NCBI GenBank assembly: GCA_027459785.1
Contig: DAIDGU010000057.1
Location: 34,150-98,149, forward strand
Origin: Ktedonobacteria bacterium
Lineage (GTDB): Bacteria > Chloroflexota > Ktedonobacteria > Ktedonobacterales > JACDGC01
Reading direction: 5' to 3'
Length of the DNA stretch: 64,000 bases
Each line of letters starts with the position of its first letter. The stretch's first letter is position 1. Positions 32,012 to 42,216 of this stretch are shown here, one piece after another. Both the position numbers and the translations under genes were made by a program. The notes under the pieces are model-generated. The model did not search any database. It was not told the DNA's origin and saw nothing but the letters and a program-made list of their open reading frames with translations.

Positions 32012-33970
32012 TCACGATACCAACATGATCGGCGAGCCGATCAACGCGGCGGAAACCGTCATCAGCGTCGTGGGCGGCGCATAGGTGCCGTTCCAGGCGA
32101 TCTGCCACTCGCCGCCGGCGTAATCGGGCGGCAGGGTGAGGGTGAGGCGCACCCACTTGCCGTGATAGAGATCGTCGCCGTTCAACGAGGTTTGGATCGC
32201 GGGCATGCCGCTGACCGTGGTCATGCGCGCCCAGGTGGGATATGTGACACTGCCGCCAGCGGCGGGCGGGACGATGCGCAGCGCCACCGCGCCGGCCCCT
32301 AGCCCTGGATTGAAGAGGCCGAGCGCGATTTGGCGGCCCGCGTAAGAGGCGGGGATGTTCGCCAGCGGATACATTTGGGATGAACCACCTTGCAGCATCA
32401 CCGTCGCCGCGTTCCAGGGCGTGATGGTCGCGCCGCCCGTCGCGCAGTCATCGGCGGTCGTCGTCGCATTGCGACAGACCTTGACGGCGTAGCCATGTAC
32501 GCCGTAACCTGCGCTGGTATCGACCGTCAGCCGATAATAAGCGGGGGCGTTCGCGGGGGCGGCGGGGACATTAGAGCCGACGCGCACCCACTGCATGTAA
32601 TCAGGCGGCAATGCAGACTGGCAACCAACCCCATAGGCGATAGGCTGCTGGTAGCTGCTGCCCGCGCCGCTCTGCACGTTCCACGTGCCAGCCGATGGGC
32701 AGCCATGCGCGGCGAGATCATTGGGTGCGGCATCCAATGATGGCAGCGTGGTGATCTGGGTCGGCGGCAACGGCGCGTTCGGCGTGGTATCTGGCGGCGT
32801 GGCGGCGGGCCACAGCGCGGCCAGCGGCACATCGGCGTTGCGCTGATAGAGCAGCGGCACACTGAATAGCGTATAGGCGAGTTGCGGATAGAACGCCGGA
32901 TTATCTGTCATGCCGGTCGAGTAGATATTTTCCGTGGTAAAGAGCTGATCGTTACGGTTCGTGCCAGTATAAACGAAGCGCGGATTCCACACCCACACCG
33001 AATAGCCGCTGCCACCCGCCGGAATGGTGATGAGATAGCTCGCTCCCGTCGGCACTGGTCCCGTGCGCGTCGCCAGGCCGCCAAAACCGCTGGGAATCTG
33101 GTCGGGATTGCCCGGCGTCCCCGGACTACAATTCGGGCCGCTGGCATACTGGGGCGCGTTCGTGCCAATGCTCAGTTGTGAGGTGGTGTAGATGTTGGTG
33201 GCGGCATCAGCATGCAGGGTATCCGCGCCATCGCTCCAGCCCGTCTCGCACTGCACGCTATAGGGATCGCCACGCTCCTTCAACTCATAGGGGCTAGCCA
33301 GCGCCGCGACCTGTTGCCCGATGTTTTCTGGTTTATCACCGAAAGCTCCAGTGCTATCGCCGAGCGCGACCGGCGGCAGGATCTCCGCCGTGGCCGTCGC
33401 CAGCGTCGTCGCGGGCGCAGGATCGATGAGCGCCACCAGTGACACCGGTACATTGATGTGGATGGTCACGGTCAGCGCCGGCACCGGATTCACCTGCGAT
33501 GTGACTGAGATCGCGCTGGCGTCACCGAAGCCGTTCTGCGCGGCGACCTGAAGCGCCTGGCTCGTCGCGTCGCTGCCATCCGGCGCGGGCGTGGCCACCG
33601 TGGGGTATTGTGGGAGATAGGCGACGCCGGCCAGCGCGGCGGCTTCCGCCGCTCGTTCCGCCTGGGCGAACGCGATATAGACGCGCAACCCATCGATCGA
33701 TAACCCGACGAGCATCAGCAGCGTCACCACGCTCAGCGCGAAAAGGACGAGCGCCTGGCCCTTGGCAGCACGGGGAGGCCGAGGATACCAACAGCCACAC
33801 CCTACAAGGCTACGAAACGCACGAAAGGAAACCGGAGACACTAGCCACAACGGGTCCAAGCTTTCGCCGCGCCACGAACACAAGCACGCGCGCCAGCGCG
33901 CCCATACATCGAGCAAGCCGAGTTTTTTGCTTTTGAGATGAAAAGGCGGTGATGATGACATTTGGTTCAT
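32012..33970 (-). CDS. TadG-like pilus accessory/adhesin protein
   Basis: KG|QALVLF prepilin-like site, hydrophobic helix, AERAAEAAALAG; ATG 33970 overlaps upstream stop (ATGA). Confidence 0.8.
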   Translation of the reverse strand: MNQMSSSPPFHLKSKKLGLLDVWARWRACLCSWRGESLDPLWLVSPVSFRAFRSLVGCGCWYPRPPRAAKGQALVLFALSVVTLLMLVGLSIDGLRVYIAFAQAERAAEAAALAGVAYLPQYPTVATPAPDGSDATSQALQVAAQNGFGDASAISVTSQVNPVPALTVTIHINVPVSLVALIDPAPATTLATATAEILPPVALGDSTGAFGDKPENIGQQVAALASPYELKERGDPYSVQCETGWSDGADTLHADAATNIYTTSQLSIGTNAPQYASGPNCSPGTPGNPDQIPSGFGGLATRTGPVPTGASYLITIPAGGSGYSVWVWNPRFVYTGTNRNDQLFTTENIYSTGMTDNPAFYPQLAYTLFSVPLLYQRNADVPLAALWPAATPPDTTPNAPLPPTQITTLPSLDAAPNDLAAHGCPSAGTWNVQSGAGSSYQQPIAYGVGCQSALPPDYMQWVRVGSNVPAAPANAPAYYRLTVDTSAGYGVHGYAVKVCRNATTTADDCATGGATITPWNAATVMLQGGSSQMYPLANIPASYAGRQIALGLFNPGLGAGAVALRIVPPAAGGSVTYPTWARMTTVSGMPAIQTSLNGDDLYHGKWVRLTLTLPPDYAGGEWQIAWNGTYAPPTTLMTVSAALIGSPIMLVS

Positions 33971-34539
33971 CCTGGGGTGAGCGGTACAACGACATGATCG
34001 ACCACAGAGAGTGAGCCAGTGGCGATCAGTGGCGTTTGCCAGGTGTAGGTGTAGTCGATTTCGACGCCAAGCATGGCAGGCGGCGTAAAAGCAGGGGTGC
34101 GCTGCGCCGGCGACCAATTCATGGCCTGGGCGGGTGGGGCGCTCACCAGGCTCACACAGCCCGGATCGCCGGCATACACATCTGCATAGGCGCTGCCGCC
34201 CAGGCCACCAAGTGGCAATCCATCGCTCCCCGGCTGGTAGATGCTGATGCGCGTGATCGTGAGGCCGGCATATGGGCCGAGGCCGGCAGCAATCGCCCCC
34301 AGCGCATCGCAATCCGCCACCGCCGCATTCCCTGCCGCCGCCGCGCTGAGCGCGCCCTGGCGCGCGGCATATGTCACCGCGAGGTGCGCGTTCAGCAGCG
34401 CTCCCATGTCCACCACCCCGGCGAGCATCACGAAAAGGATGGTCACGAAGAGGACGAACTCGACCAAGCTCTGCCCGCGCCTTTTTCCACTGGGTTTTAT
34501 ACACAAGCGTTCCACGTGGAACATGGTGCCGTGAAACAT
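33967..34539 (-). CDS. tadE: TadE-family pseudopilin
   Basis: RG|QSLVEF, AARQGA; GGAGG RBS. Confidence 0.85.
   Translation of the reverse strand: MFHGTMFHVERLCIKPSGKRRGQSLVEFVLFVTILFVMLAGVVDMGALLNAHLAVTYAARQGALSAAAAGNAAVADCDALGAIAAGLGPYAGLTITRISIYQPGSDGLPLGGLGGSAYADVYAGDPGCVSLVSAPPAQAMNWSPAQRTPAFTPPAMLGVEIDYTYTWQTPLIATGSLSVVDHVVVPLTPG
34508..34523. promoter_or_regulatory. parS site within tadE leader (CGTTCCACGTGGAACA)
   Basis: 15/16 match; encodes MFHVER. Confidence 0.85.
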
Positions 34540-34541
34540 CC

Positions 34542-35468
34542 TCAGCCTCCCTCCGGCGCGAGCGGCATTATCGCCGTCGCATTCAGCGTCAGCGTCGCGC
34601 CCGTCGCCCCGATGAACGAGGTCAGCCAGGTATACCGATACGTGATGCGCACGCCCAGGTAGACCGGCGCGGCGACCGTGCTGACACGGCTGGCGACGGG
34701 CCAGGACGGCGACGTGAGAGCGTTGCCCGCCCCATCATAGACATCCTCCGCGCCACCGGTTGGCCCAGCGCCCGTGGCATCGGATTGATAGATAATGATC
34801 TGCGTGATCTGCGCGACGAAAAGCGGCTGCACGATGCGCCGAATCAGCGCCTCCGTCTGCGCATCCGCATTGCCCAGCCGCGTCGCATCCAGCGCCGCCG
34901 TGCGCGCGCCCTGATGAGCGGCAGTGTCATAGAGCGCCGTCGCGCTATAGATCAGTGCTAATTCGATCAACCCGAAAAGCAGTGCCAGAAACAACGGCAG
35001 CACCAGCGCGAACTCGACGAGCGCCTGGCCGTGTCGGGCGGGGATACGTCCCACATGGCGCTGGGACGGCGGGGGCGAGGTGAAGTGCGGGGACGGCGGG
35101 CGCGGCATCGGCGGGCGGTTGGCGGTGTGACGGGGACGCGGGCGGTTGAAACCGCGCCGTTGGGGCCATCCGGCCACGAAACCTGCCTGCGCAGGTTCAC
35201 GCCAGTCCGCGAAGGCGGACTTCGTCGCCGCCAGGCGCTTAGGCGCGGTTTCAACCGCCCGCGTCCTCGTATCGGCAACCGCCCGCGTCCTCGTATCGGC
35301 AACCGCCCGCGTCCCCGTATCGGCAACCGCCCGCCGCAACCTCCCGCCGCCCGCCGCAACCTCCCGCGTCCCCCGCGCTCCGGCCATTGCCCGCATCCCC
35401 GGTACTCCCACTATTGCCCGCGTCTCCGGTGCTCCTTCCCGTACTACATATCTGCTTGTTATCCTCAT
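34542..35468 (-). CDS. tadE: TadE-family pseudopilin with repeat-filled N-terminal leader
   Basis: HG|QALVEF, AAHQGAR; ATG 35468 overlaps tadC stop; alternative start 35108. Confidence 0.8.
   Translation of the reverse strand: MRITSRYVVREGAPETRAIVGVPGMRAMAGARGTREVAAGGGRLRRAVADTGTRAVADTRTRAVADTRTRAVETAPKRLAATKSAFADWREPAQAGFVAGWPQRRGFNRPRPRHTANRPPMPRPPSPHFTSPPPSQRHVGRIPARHGQALVEFALVLPLFLALLFGLIELALIYSATALYDTAAHQGARTAALDATRLGNADAQTEALIRRIVQPLFVAQITQIIIYQSDATGAGPTGGAEDVYDGAGNALTSPSWPVASRVSTVAAPVYLGVRITYRYTWLTSFIGATGATLTLNATAIMPLAPEGG
35134..35324. repeat. REPIN-like inverted REP pair plus 3 x 24-bp tandem repeat
   Basis: Perfect 25-bp IR 35134-35158 / 35242-35266; tandem AACCGCCCGCGTCC(T/C)CGTATCGGC at 35253, 35277, 35301. 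Confidence 0.85.
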
Positions 35469-36394
35469 AGCCGCATCCCCGGTGCGACCGAGTGGATGAT
35501 CTGGGGGATTGATGGCCCCAGTAGCACGATGAAAAGCGGCGGAAAAACGAGGATGACGAGGGGGAACATCATCTTGATCGGCGCTTCGCGGGCGAGGGTT
35601 TCGGCGCGCTGGCGGCGACGCACGCGCATATCAGCGGATTGTTCGTGCAGCACCTGTTCCAGCGGAGCGCCGAGCTGACGACTCTGGTTGATGGTGGCGA
35701 CGAGCGTGTGGATCTCATCCAGCCCCACGCGGTCGGCGAAGTGTTGCAGCGCGTCGCCCAGGTGGACGCCAGCGCGCAATTCCAGCAGCGTGCGCCCCAG
35801 TTCGGCGCGCATCACTGGCGGCGCATGCTCCGTCACGCGCGCCAAGGCGCGCTCCAACGCCATCACCCCTGTGCAAAGCGTCAGCATATCCAGCAGGTCA
35901 GGCAGGGCCGCACGAATGTCGCCCTGGCGTGTCTTGGCTTTGCCGTTCACCCACATCACCGGCAGCATATACGCCGCCGCCGCCGCGCCCACCCCACCCA
36001 ACACCACCTGCACCATACCGCCGCTGGCCACGAGCGCCAACGCGGCGAAACACAGACCAAAACCCACGCCCGCGAAAAAGCGCAACGCCATGAAGGTCGA
36101 GGCGTCTAAATTGCCGCCGAGGTCGGCCCGATTGATCACCCGCTGCATCTTATCCAGCGAGTTGCCGGGTGCCAACCGCCCGATACTTTTGCCCAGGTTA
36201 CTCAACATCGGGCGCACCAGACGTTCAAGCAAGGGACGACGCAATTCATCATCCACCATAACGATCCGCTGGCGCAAAAGGCGATCCAGCCGCTGCTGCA
36301 CGGCGTCGCCGCGCGCCCGCCGTCCCACGCCCACGACTAGCACGATCACGCTGATCCCCGCACAACACGCCGCTACTAGCGAATAGGCTATCAT
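35465..36394 (-). CDS. tadC: Type II secretion F family Tad protein (TadC)
   Basis: LPDLLDML, AREAPIKMMFPL, PPLFIVLLGP. Confidence 0.88.
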   Translation of the reverse strand: MIAYSLVAACCAGISVIVLVVGVGRRARGDAVQQRLDRLLRQRIVMVDDELRRPLLERLVRPMLSNLGKSIGRLAPGNSLDKMQRVINRADLGGNLDASTFMALRFFAGVGFGLCFAALALVASGGMVQVVLGGVGAAAAAYMLPVMWVNGKAKTRQGDIRAALPDLLDMLTLCTGVMALERALARVTEHAPPVMRAELGRTLLELRAGVHLGDALQHFADRVGLDEIHTLVATINQSRQLGAPLEQVLHEQSADMRVRRRQRAETLAREAPIKMMFPLVILVFPPLFIVLLGPSIPQIIHSVAPGMRL

Positions 36395-36407
36395 AAACGA
36401 ATCCTTC

Positions 36408-36423
36408 CGTTCCCCGTGAAACA
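36408..36423. promoter_or_regulatory. Degenerate parS (CGTTCCCCGTGAAACA)
   Basis: 14/16 match to consensus, between tadB and tadC. Confidence 0.6.
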
Positions 36424-36482
36424 GGCGAGTGCCTCAAGAAACATCACACCTGCTATTTCCAATTCAGACCCTTCCCTGCACG

Positions 36483-37445
36483 CTACACGCGGATATCGAC
36501 GACTTTGCGGATGACGACGACGCCGAGCGCGATCATGATGCCCGCCGTCAGGAACATCGTCCAGCCGCACCAGGTCGTCGTCTGAAACACGCCCAGGATG
36601 TAATGGGGATTGAAGACGAGCAGCAAAAGCAAGATGGCGACGGGCATCAGCGCCACGACATAGCCGGAATAACGTTGCTGCGCCGTCAGCGACTTCACCT
36701 CACCTTCCAGGCGTACGCGCTCGCGGATCGTCTCGCTGATGCGTTCGAGCATCTGCACCAGATTGCCGCCGCTCTCAGTCTGGATGGCGATGGCTGTGAC
36801 GAGCAATTGCAGATCGACGCTGGGGACGCGATCCGTCAGGTTCGTCAGCGCCTCTTTGACGCCGGTGCCATAGGTGATCTGCTGCACCACCAATTGCAGT
36901 TCCTTCGAGATCGGCGGCTTGGTCTGGCGCGCGGCCAGGTCCAGCGCCTGAGCGATGGTGCTGCTGCCGGAGCGCAGGGCGCTGGCGATCAGTTGCACCG
37001 CGCCGGGCAGTTGCGCGTCGAAGTCGCGCGCCCGCTTCGCACGGCGGGCGGCAATCCACCATTGCGGCCCCCAAAACGTGCCGGCGACGAGCAGCATGAA
37101 GAGGAAGATGTTATGGAGGACGACGCTCAGAAGGAGGCCCAGGCCCAGCAAGATGGCGACCAGCAGGATGAATTCACCGGCGGTCAGCGGCACGCCCGCG
37201 CGCGAAAGCTGTTCGTCCAACCCCACACGCCCGGCGAAGCGATTGAGCGCGGCGACGAGCTGGCCGGCGTCCTGGCGCGGCAGGGCATCGCGCGCCAACC
37301 CCTGGCGCTGGATCTCGAGCTGGCGCAAGCGATCTGCCACGCGGTTATGCCGGCGCGTCCATTCACGGCTGAGGCCGAAAAGGATGGTGAAGACCGCCAG
37401 CGCGCTCAGCACGCTCACCAGCAGCGGCACCTGACCCGCGCTCAT
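36483..37445 (-). CDS. tadB: Type II secretion F family Tad protein (TadB)
   Basis: FDAQLP, ESGGNL, IRERVRL, LTAQQRYS. Confidence 0.88.
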   Translation of the reverse strand: MSAGQVPLLVSVLSALAVFTILFGLSREWTRRHNRVADRLRQLEIQRQGLARDALPRQDAGQLVAALNRFAGRVGLDEQLSRAGVPLTAGEFILLVAILLGLGLLLSVVLHNIFLFMLLVAGTFWGPQWWIAARRAKRARDFDAQLPGAVQLIASALRSGSSTIAQALDLAARQTKPPISKELQLVVQQITYGTGVKEALTNLTDRVPSVDLQLLVTAIAIQTESGGNLVQMLERISETIRERVRLEGEVKSLTAQQRYSGYVVALMPVAILLLLLVFNPHYILGVFQTTTWCGWTMFLTAGIMIALGVVVIRKVVDIRV

Positions 37446-38842
37446 GGCCGCGCCTCACGGCGAAAGATCGTCGGCGGCACAGGATAACCACGCCGCTCCA
37501 TCTCGTCCAGCAGGCGCGGCACGGTCCCTTTGGCGCGCAATCGACCGTGTACGCGGCCCTGCTCATCCAGTCCGGCGCGCTCGAACTCGAAGATCTCGAC
37601 CACCTCCACACCGTCGCCGTTCGCCCCCGCGCGCAATTCGGCGATGGAAGCGATCTTGCGCGAGCCGTCCTCGAAATGGTTCAGATGCACGATCAGGTTG
37701 ATGGCGCTGAGGATTTGCGCGCGCACGGCGCGGTCCGGCAGATCGATGCCAGCTTGCAATACCAGCATCTCCAGCCGGTTCAGCACGTCCGGCGCGCTAT
37801 TCGCGTGCAGCGTCGTCATCGATCCCTCATGGCCCGTATTCATCGCTTGCAACATGTCCAGCGCCTCGCCGCCACGACACTCGCCGACGATAATACGGTC
37901 GGGCCGCATTCTGAGCGCGTTAGCTACGAGCTGGCGAATCGTCACCTGATGCTTGCCCTCAACACTGGGCGGGCGGCTTTCCATGCGCACCACGTGCGCC
38001 TGCTGCAACTGCAATTCCGCCGCATCCTCGATGGTGATGATGCGCTGCTCCTGGGGGATGAAGACCGACAGAACGTTGAGGATCGTCGTCTTACCGGTGT
38101 TGGTGCCGCCGGAGACGATGATGTTCATCCGCGCCTCCACGCAACGCTGCAAAAAGAGCATCATATCGCGCGAGATCGTGCCGTTGTCGATCAGATCTTG
38201 CGGCTGCAACGCCTTCGCTGCGAACTTCCGGATCGTCAGGATGGGACCGTCGAGCGCGATAGGGCGGATGACGATGTTGACGCGCGACCCATCTTTCAGG
38301 CGAGCATCCACCGTCGGCGTCGTCTCATCCACGCGCCGCCCGATCTGCGAGACGATGCGCTCGATGACGCGCATCAGGTGCGGTTCGTCGTGGAACCGGA
38401 TGTCGGTCTGCATCATCGCGCCGCGCCGCTGGTCAATCCACACGCGGTATGGTCCGTTGACCATGATTTCGGTCACGTTCTCGTCGGCCAACAAGGGTTC
38501 GATGGGACCATAGCCCAGGATGTCGGCCAGGCAACGCGCAATCAGCGCCAGGCGCTCGTTCTTGCTCAGGGGCATCTGCTGCTTCTGCGCCTCAATATCG
38601 ATGATGCGCTGCAAACGCTCTTCCACCTCGCGTCGCATCTGCACCGGTGGCAACTGATCGATCTGGGTCTTGCTCGTCTCCAGGTCCGCCACCAGCAACA
38701 ATTGGATCTTGCGCTGCAAGTCGTAATAGGCCTGTTCGCGCGCGGTGGGACCGGTGCGGCCAGTGCCGCGCAGATCGCCGCTGCCGCTGGGGCGCGGCGT
38801 CGTCGGGTGGGCGGGCATATCAGCATAGCGTCGGGGTGTCAT
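37442..38842 (-). CDS. cpaF: CpaF/TadA pilus assembly ATPase
   Basis: GGTNTGKTT, TIEDAAEL, LRMRPDRIIVGE, MNTGHEGS. Confidence 0.95.
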   Translation of the reverse strand: MTPRRYADMPAHPTTPRPSGSGDLRGTGRTGPTAREQAYYDLQRKIQLLLVADLETSKTQIDQLPPVQMRREVEERLQRIIDIEAQKQQMPLSKNERLALIARCLADILGYGPIEPLLADENVTEIMVNGPYRVWIDQRRGAMMQTDIRFHDEPHLMRVIERIVSQIGRRVDETTPTVDARLKDGSRVNIVIRPIALDGPILTIRKFAAKALQPQDLIDNGTISRDMMLFLQRCVEARMNIIVSGGTNTGKTTILNVLSVFIPQEQRIITIEDAAELQLQQAHVVRMESRPPSVEGKHQVTIRQLVANALRMRPDRIIVGECRGGEALDMLQAMNTGHEGSMTTLHANSAPDVLNRLEMLVLQAGIDLPDRAVRAQILSAINLIVHLNHFEDGSRKIASIAELRAGANGDGVEVVEIFEFERAGLDEQGRVHGRLRAKGTVPRLLDEMERRGYPVPPTIFRREARP

Positions 38843-38860
38843 TCAAGCATGCCTCCTACA

Positions 38861-40066
38861 TCACGCGCGCGGTTTTTTCGTCGCTTGCAAATCTTGATAC
38901 AGCCGCCGCGCCAGGTCGTGCATCGCACGGCTGATGGGCGCACGGCGCGCATAGGTGACGAAAGGGACGCCGCGATTGACGGCCCCGATGACGGTGCGCA
39001 CATCGTCGGGAAACTGCGCGGCGAAGCGCCGCCCCAGCGACTGTTCGACGCGCTTAGGGGCGATCTGATAGCCGCCATCCATACGATTGCCGATCAGCCA
39101 GCAACGGTCGCCAGCGATACCCCGCCGGCGCAAGCCTTCCAGCAAGCCCTTCACACGATTGATGGCAGTGATCTCCGGCGTCGTAACGATCAAGAGGCGG
39201 TCGGCGCTCTCCAGGATCGCTTCATTGGCGTCGGTGAAAGTGGCATCAGTATCTACCACCGTCACATCGCAATGCTCACGCACCTCAACCAGGATCGCAC
39301 GCATCGTCTCGCGCCGGAACTCGCGCGCCACCTCTGGATCATCCGGCGAACGCAAGAGGCGGATGCCTGAATCATGGCGCACAGCGACCGATTGCAACGT
39401 CTCGAAGTCCAGATCTTCAGGATCGCGCAACATGTCGAGGGAGTGGTTGATGTGATCAAGGTTCAGCAAGACGTGGTCATCACCGGCGGCGAGGTTGCCA
39501 TCTACCAGCAGCACCTCTTCGGCACACGCATGCAAGGCCACCGCCAGGTTCGCCGCGATGATGCTGCGCCCAACACCACCCTTCGCGCCACAGACAGCCA
39601 CCAGGTGTTGCCCGCGCGCGGATGTTCCACGTGGAACACTGGGATGCGCGCCCGAACCCCGGCTGGTCCCCGGCAACTGCACCACCCGGCGGATCGCGCG
39701 CAACACGTCGTCGGCGCGCAAGGGCTTCACCAGAAAACCACGCGCCCCCACGTCCAGCGCCTGCTGCATCAGATCCTTGCTATCTTCGACAGACATCAGG
39801 ATGATCTGCGCCGGCACCTCCATGCTGAGGACGTGCGCCGCTGCCAGCCCGTCCATGCCGGGCATGTAGATATCCATGAGGATGATATCCGGCTGGTGCC
39901 GCCGCGCCAGCGCGATGCCCTCCCTGGCATCCGTGGCGATGCCGACGACGCGCAGATCCGCCACGGTGCTGAGCCAGCGGCGCACCGCCTGGGCCGTTTC
40001 GATGAGGTCGTCGATGATGAGGATGCGGATCGGCTGGCCCGCTCCTTCAGGTGAGTGCTGTGCCAT
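38861..40066 (-). CDS. cpaE: CpaE/TadZ-like receiver plus MinD-type ATPase
   Basis: N-terminal receiver (IIDD, LMDIYMP, VKP) and GAKGGVGRS deviant Walker A. Confidence 0.88.
   Translation of the reverse strand: MAQHSPEGAGQPIRILIIDDLIETAQAVRRWLSTVADLRVVGIATDAREGIALARRHQPDIILMDIYMPGMDGLAAAHVLSMEVPAQIILMSVEDSKDLMQQALDVGARGFLVKPLRADDVLRAIRRVVQLPGTSRGSGAHPSVPRGTSARGQHLVAVCGAKGGVGRSIIAANLAVALHACAEEVLLVDGNLAAGDDHVLLNLDHINHSLDMLRDPEDLDFETLQSVAVRHDSGIRLLRSPDDPEVAREFRRETMRAILVEVREHCDVTVVDTDATFTDANEAILESADRLLIVTTPEITAINRVKGLLEGLRRRGIAGDRCWLIGNRMDGGYQIAPKRVEQSLGRRFAAQFPDDVRTVIGAVNRGVPFVTYARRAPISRAMHDLARRLYQDLQATKKPRA
39623..39638. promoter_or_regulatory. parS site (perfect) in the cpaE interdomain linker
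   Basis: TGTTCCACGTGGAACA 16/16; encodes VPRGT. Confidence 0.88.
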
Positions 40067-40249
40067 CCTTGGCCCCTCCCGCCTGTGCAAGCGCAAGAGG
40101 GATGCCAGCCCAAGCATAAGTCCGATAGTCCTTTATCTACCACATGAATTCCGCTCACATCTCACGTATAATAGATGATGTCCAGAGATATGTTGTCTCT
40201 GGCTGTGCATCGTCCTCTTGACATGATCGGAGGAGAAAGGATCTGGACC

Positions 40250-40501
40250 ATGCCCTTGTATCTCGACAAGCACCATCACATCGACGGCCTGACCACCGAT
40301 GGGGTGAAGCAAGCGCATGAAGCTGACCTCGCGATCCAGGAACAGTATGGTGTCACGTATTTGCAGTATTGGTTCAACGAAGAGACTGGCACGGTCTTTT
40401 GTTTGGTAGAGGCACCTAGCAAAGAAGCCGCCGCCACCGTTCACCGTCTCGCTCACGGGTTGGAAGCCGATGAGATCGTCGAAGTGCAGCCAGGAAGCTG
40501 A
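40250..40501 (+). CDS. DUF4242 (SCO4226-like nickel-binding) protein
   Basis: AHEADLAIQ, YWFNE..G.VFCLVEAP, VHRLAHG. Confidence 0.85.
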   Translation: MPLYLDKHHHIDGLTTDGVKQAHEADLAIQEQYGVTYLQYWFNEETGTVFCLVEAPSKEAAATVHRLAHGLEADEIVEVQPGS

Positions 40502-40679
40502 GCAGATCTGCCACGATAAGCGGCTGGTTCCTTTATAGCGGATCTGGCCGCTTATTGATGATTGGTAACGAATGATCCCTTATCGCACTAGGAAGTGAGG
40601 GCGAGCCGACTTTCAAAGCCGTATGAGGGTTTCTTGGGCTGGACGCAACAGGCGATTAAGCCACAGACTTTATGACCGG

Positions 40680-41879
40680 CTACTGACTACTCAGCACTGG
40701 CTTAAAAAGCTTTTTGTTAGCGGCAGCAACAAAGCTAAAGAATGCTAATAGTGACACTATCAGAGCGATTGTCCAATTATTGCCAAGAAATTGTAGAGCA
40801 AACCCCACGAGGAAAAGACCAGCAGAGTAAGCAAGGAAATCTCCTGACCGCGTAATGCTGGCAACTCTTCCTTGAATATGATGGGGTATTACGCCTGAAA
40901 TATTGCCACAAATAATATAAAAGGCTGGCAGTATGGCGAACAAGAGCGCAGTCACCACCGTTAATAGCGTAATATTGTATGCAAACAAATACAAGGAGAA
41001 CGTTACTGCACAGAGTATATTGGTGATGACGAGCATTGTATAGCGGTCGTATTGGTGCATTACTTTACCGAAGAATGCGGAGCCGAGGATGCCAGCGACG
41101 GCACTAATCGCCAAAACGATACCAATAGTAGTCGCTGAAGCGTGTAAGTCACGCGCGAATACAATCACCAGCAGTGAGAGGGCGGAAGTGGCCAATGCTC
41201 TGGCCCATGAAAGAGCAATGAAAACCCTATACATACGATTATGCCAGAACCATGCACCAGCCTCTTTAAGACCTTTTCGTATGCTCGTTTGCTTTAGGGC
41301 ATCTGGAGCTGATAAGGGAGAATTTATGAGTACTAAGGCTATGACGTTCAAGAAATACGACAGAGAGTCTGTCGCAAAGGAGAAGACAGCTCCAACTGTT
41401 TGATACAAAAAACCGCCGAATGAGGGTCCTACGAGCATTGCGAAGTGCTCAATCATACTATCCTGAGCAACTGCTTGAGGTAATTGCTCATTCGCTACAA
41501 GAAATCTACGGGATGAGAACCTACCAATATTTGCAAATACGAAACACCCGCCCTCAATGCCCATAAGAATAAATAGCTCGACAACTGTAAGCCGATGGAG
41601 GAATAGGCCAATGGCGAGCATTGCAAAGCCACTCCCCGCATTCCCAGCGAGCATTATGTTTCGTCTATTCCATTTATCGAGAATGTAGCCTGCGGGTATA
41701 GCTAAGAGCACATAGGTCACTCCTCGCATTGCAACAACCGAACCGGCAATTGCTGATGAGCCGGTCAGTGATAGGATAACGAGCGGCATAGCAATGCCCG
41801 AGATTTCTGTACCCATCCATGAGAGGCCTTGTCCGGCCCACATTAGCATGTAGTTACGCTGTTTCCAGAGTGGTTGCAT
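40680..41879 (-). CDS. MFS transporter (low GC)
   Basis: About 12 TM, AGYILDKWNRR motif A; visibly AT-richer codons. Confidence 0.88.
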   Translation of the reverse strand: MQPLWKQRNYMLMWAGQGLSWMGTEISGIAMPLVILSLTGSSAIAGSVVAMRGVTYVLLAIPAGYILDKWNRRNIMLAGNAGSGFAMLAIGLFLHRLTVVELFILMGIEGGCFVFANIGRFSSRRFLVANEQLPQAVAQDSMIEHFAMLVGPSFGGFLYQTVGAVFSFATDSLSYFLNVIALVLINSPLSAPDALKQTSIRKGLKEAGAWFWHNRMYRVFIALSWARALATSALSLLVIVFARDLHASATTIGIVLAISAVAGILGSAFFGKVMHQYDRYTMLVITNILCAVTFSLYLFAYNITLLTVVTALLFAILPAFYIICGNISGVIPHHIQGRVASITRSGDFLAYSAGLFLVGFALQFLGNNWTIALIVSLLAFFSFVAAANKKLFKPVLSSQ

Positions 41880-42216
41880 AGAGTGATAATAACACACAAA
41901 TGACTGCTGTTGTATGGCCCCCATATTGCAACCGCCATTGCAGCGCATTCGATACAGTCAGATAACCAATCGTCGGTGGGTTATGAAGCGCGCTCGGCTA
42001 GTGCGATTCGCCCGGCATCATCTAAGGGAAGGTTGCGTTATATAGATCGGGAATAGCCGTCGTCGTGAGAACGGTGGCGAAGGAACGTGCCTCGACTTTC
42101 AATGTTGCGATAGTTAAAATAGGAAGCATGGCTCACCTCTTTGCCTCAGCGACATTCAATGTCTCCATGCTATGCCATAACTCACCACTCTGTCAAACTA
42201 TTCTGCTTTCATCTCA

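Noticed and set aside
32012..34504. 830-aa ORF as one protein
   Set aside because: The first 178 codons overlap tadE in another frame and look non-coding; ATG 33970 is the coupled start
35253..35324. 24-bp repeats as a CRISPR array
   Set aside because: Repeats are directly adjacent with no spacers, and there are no cas genes
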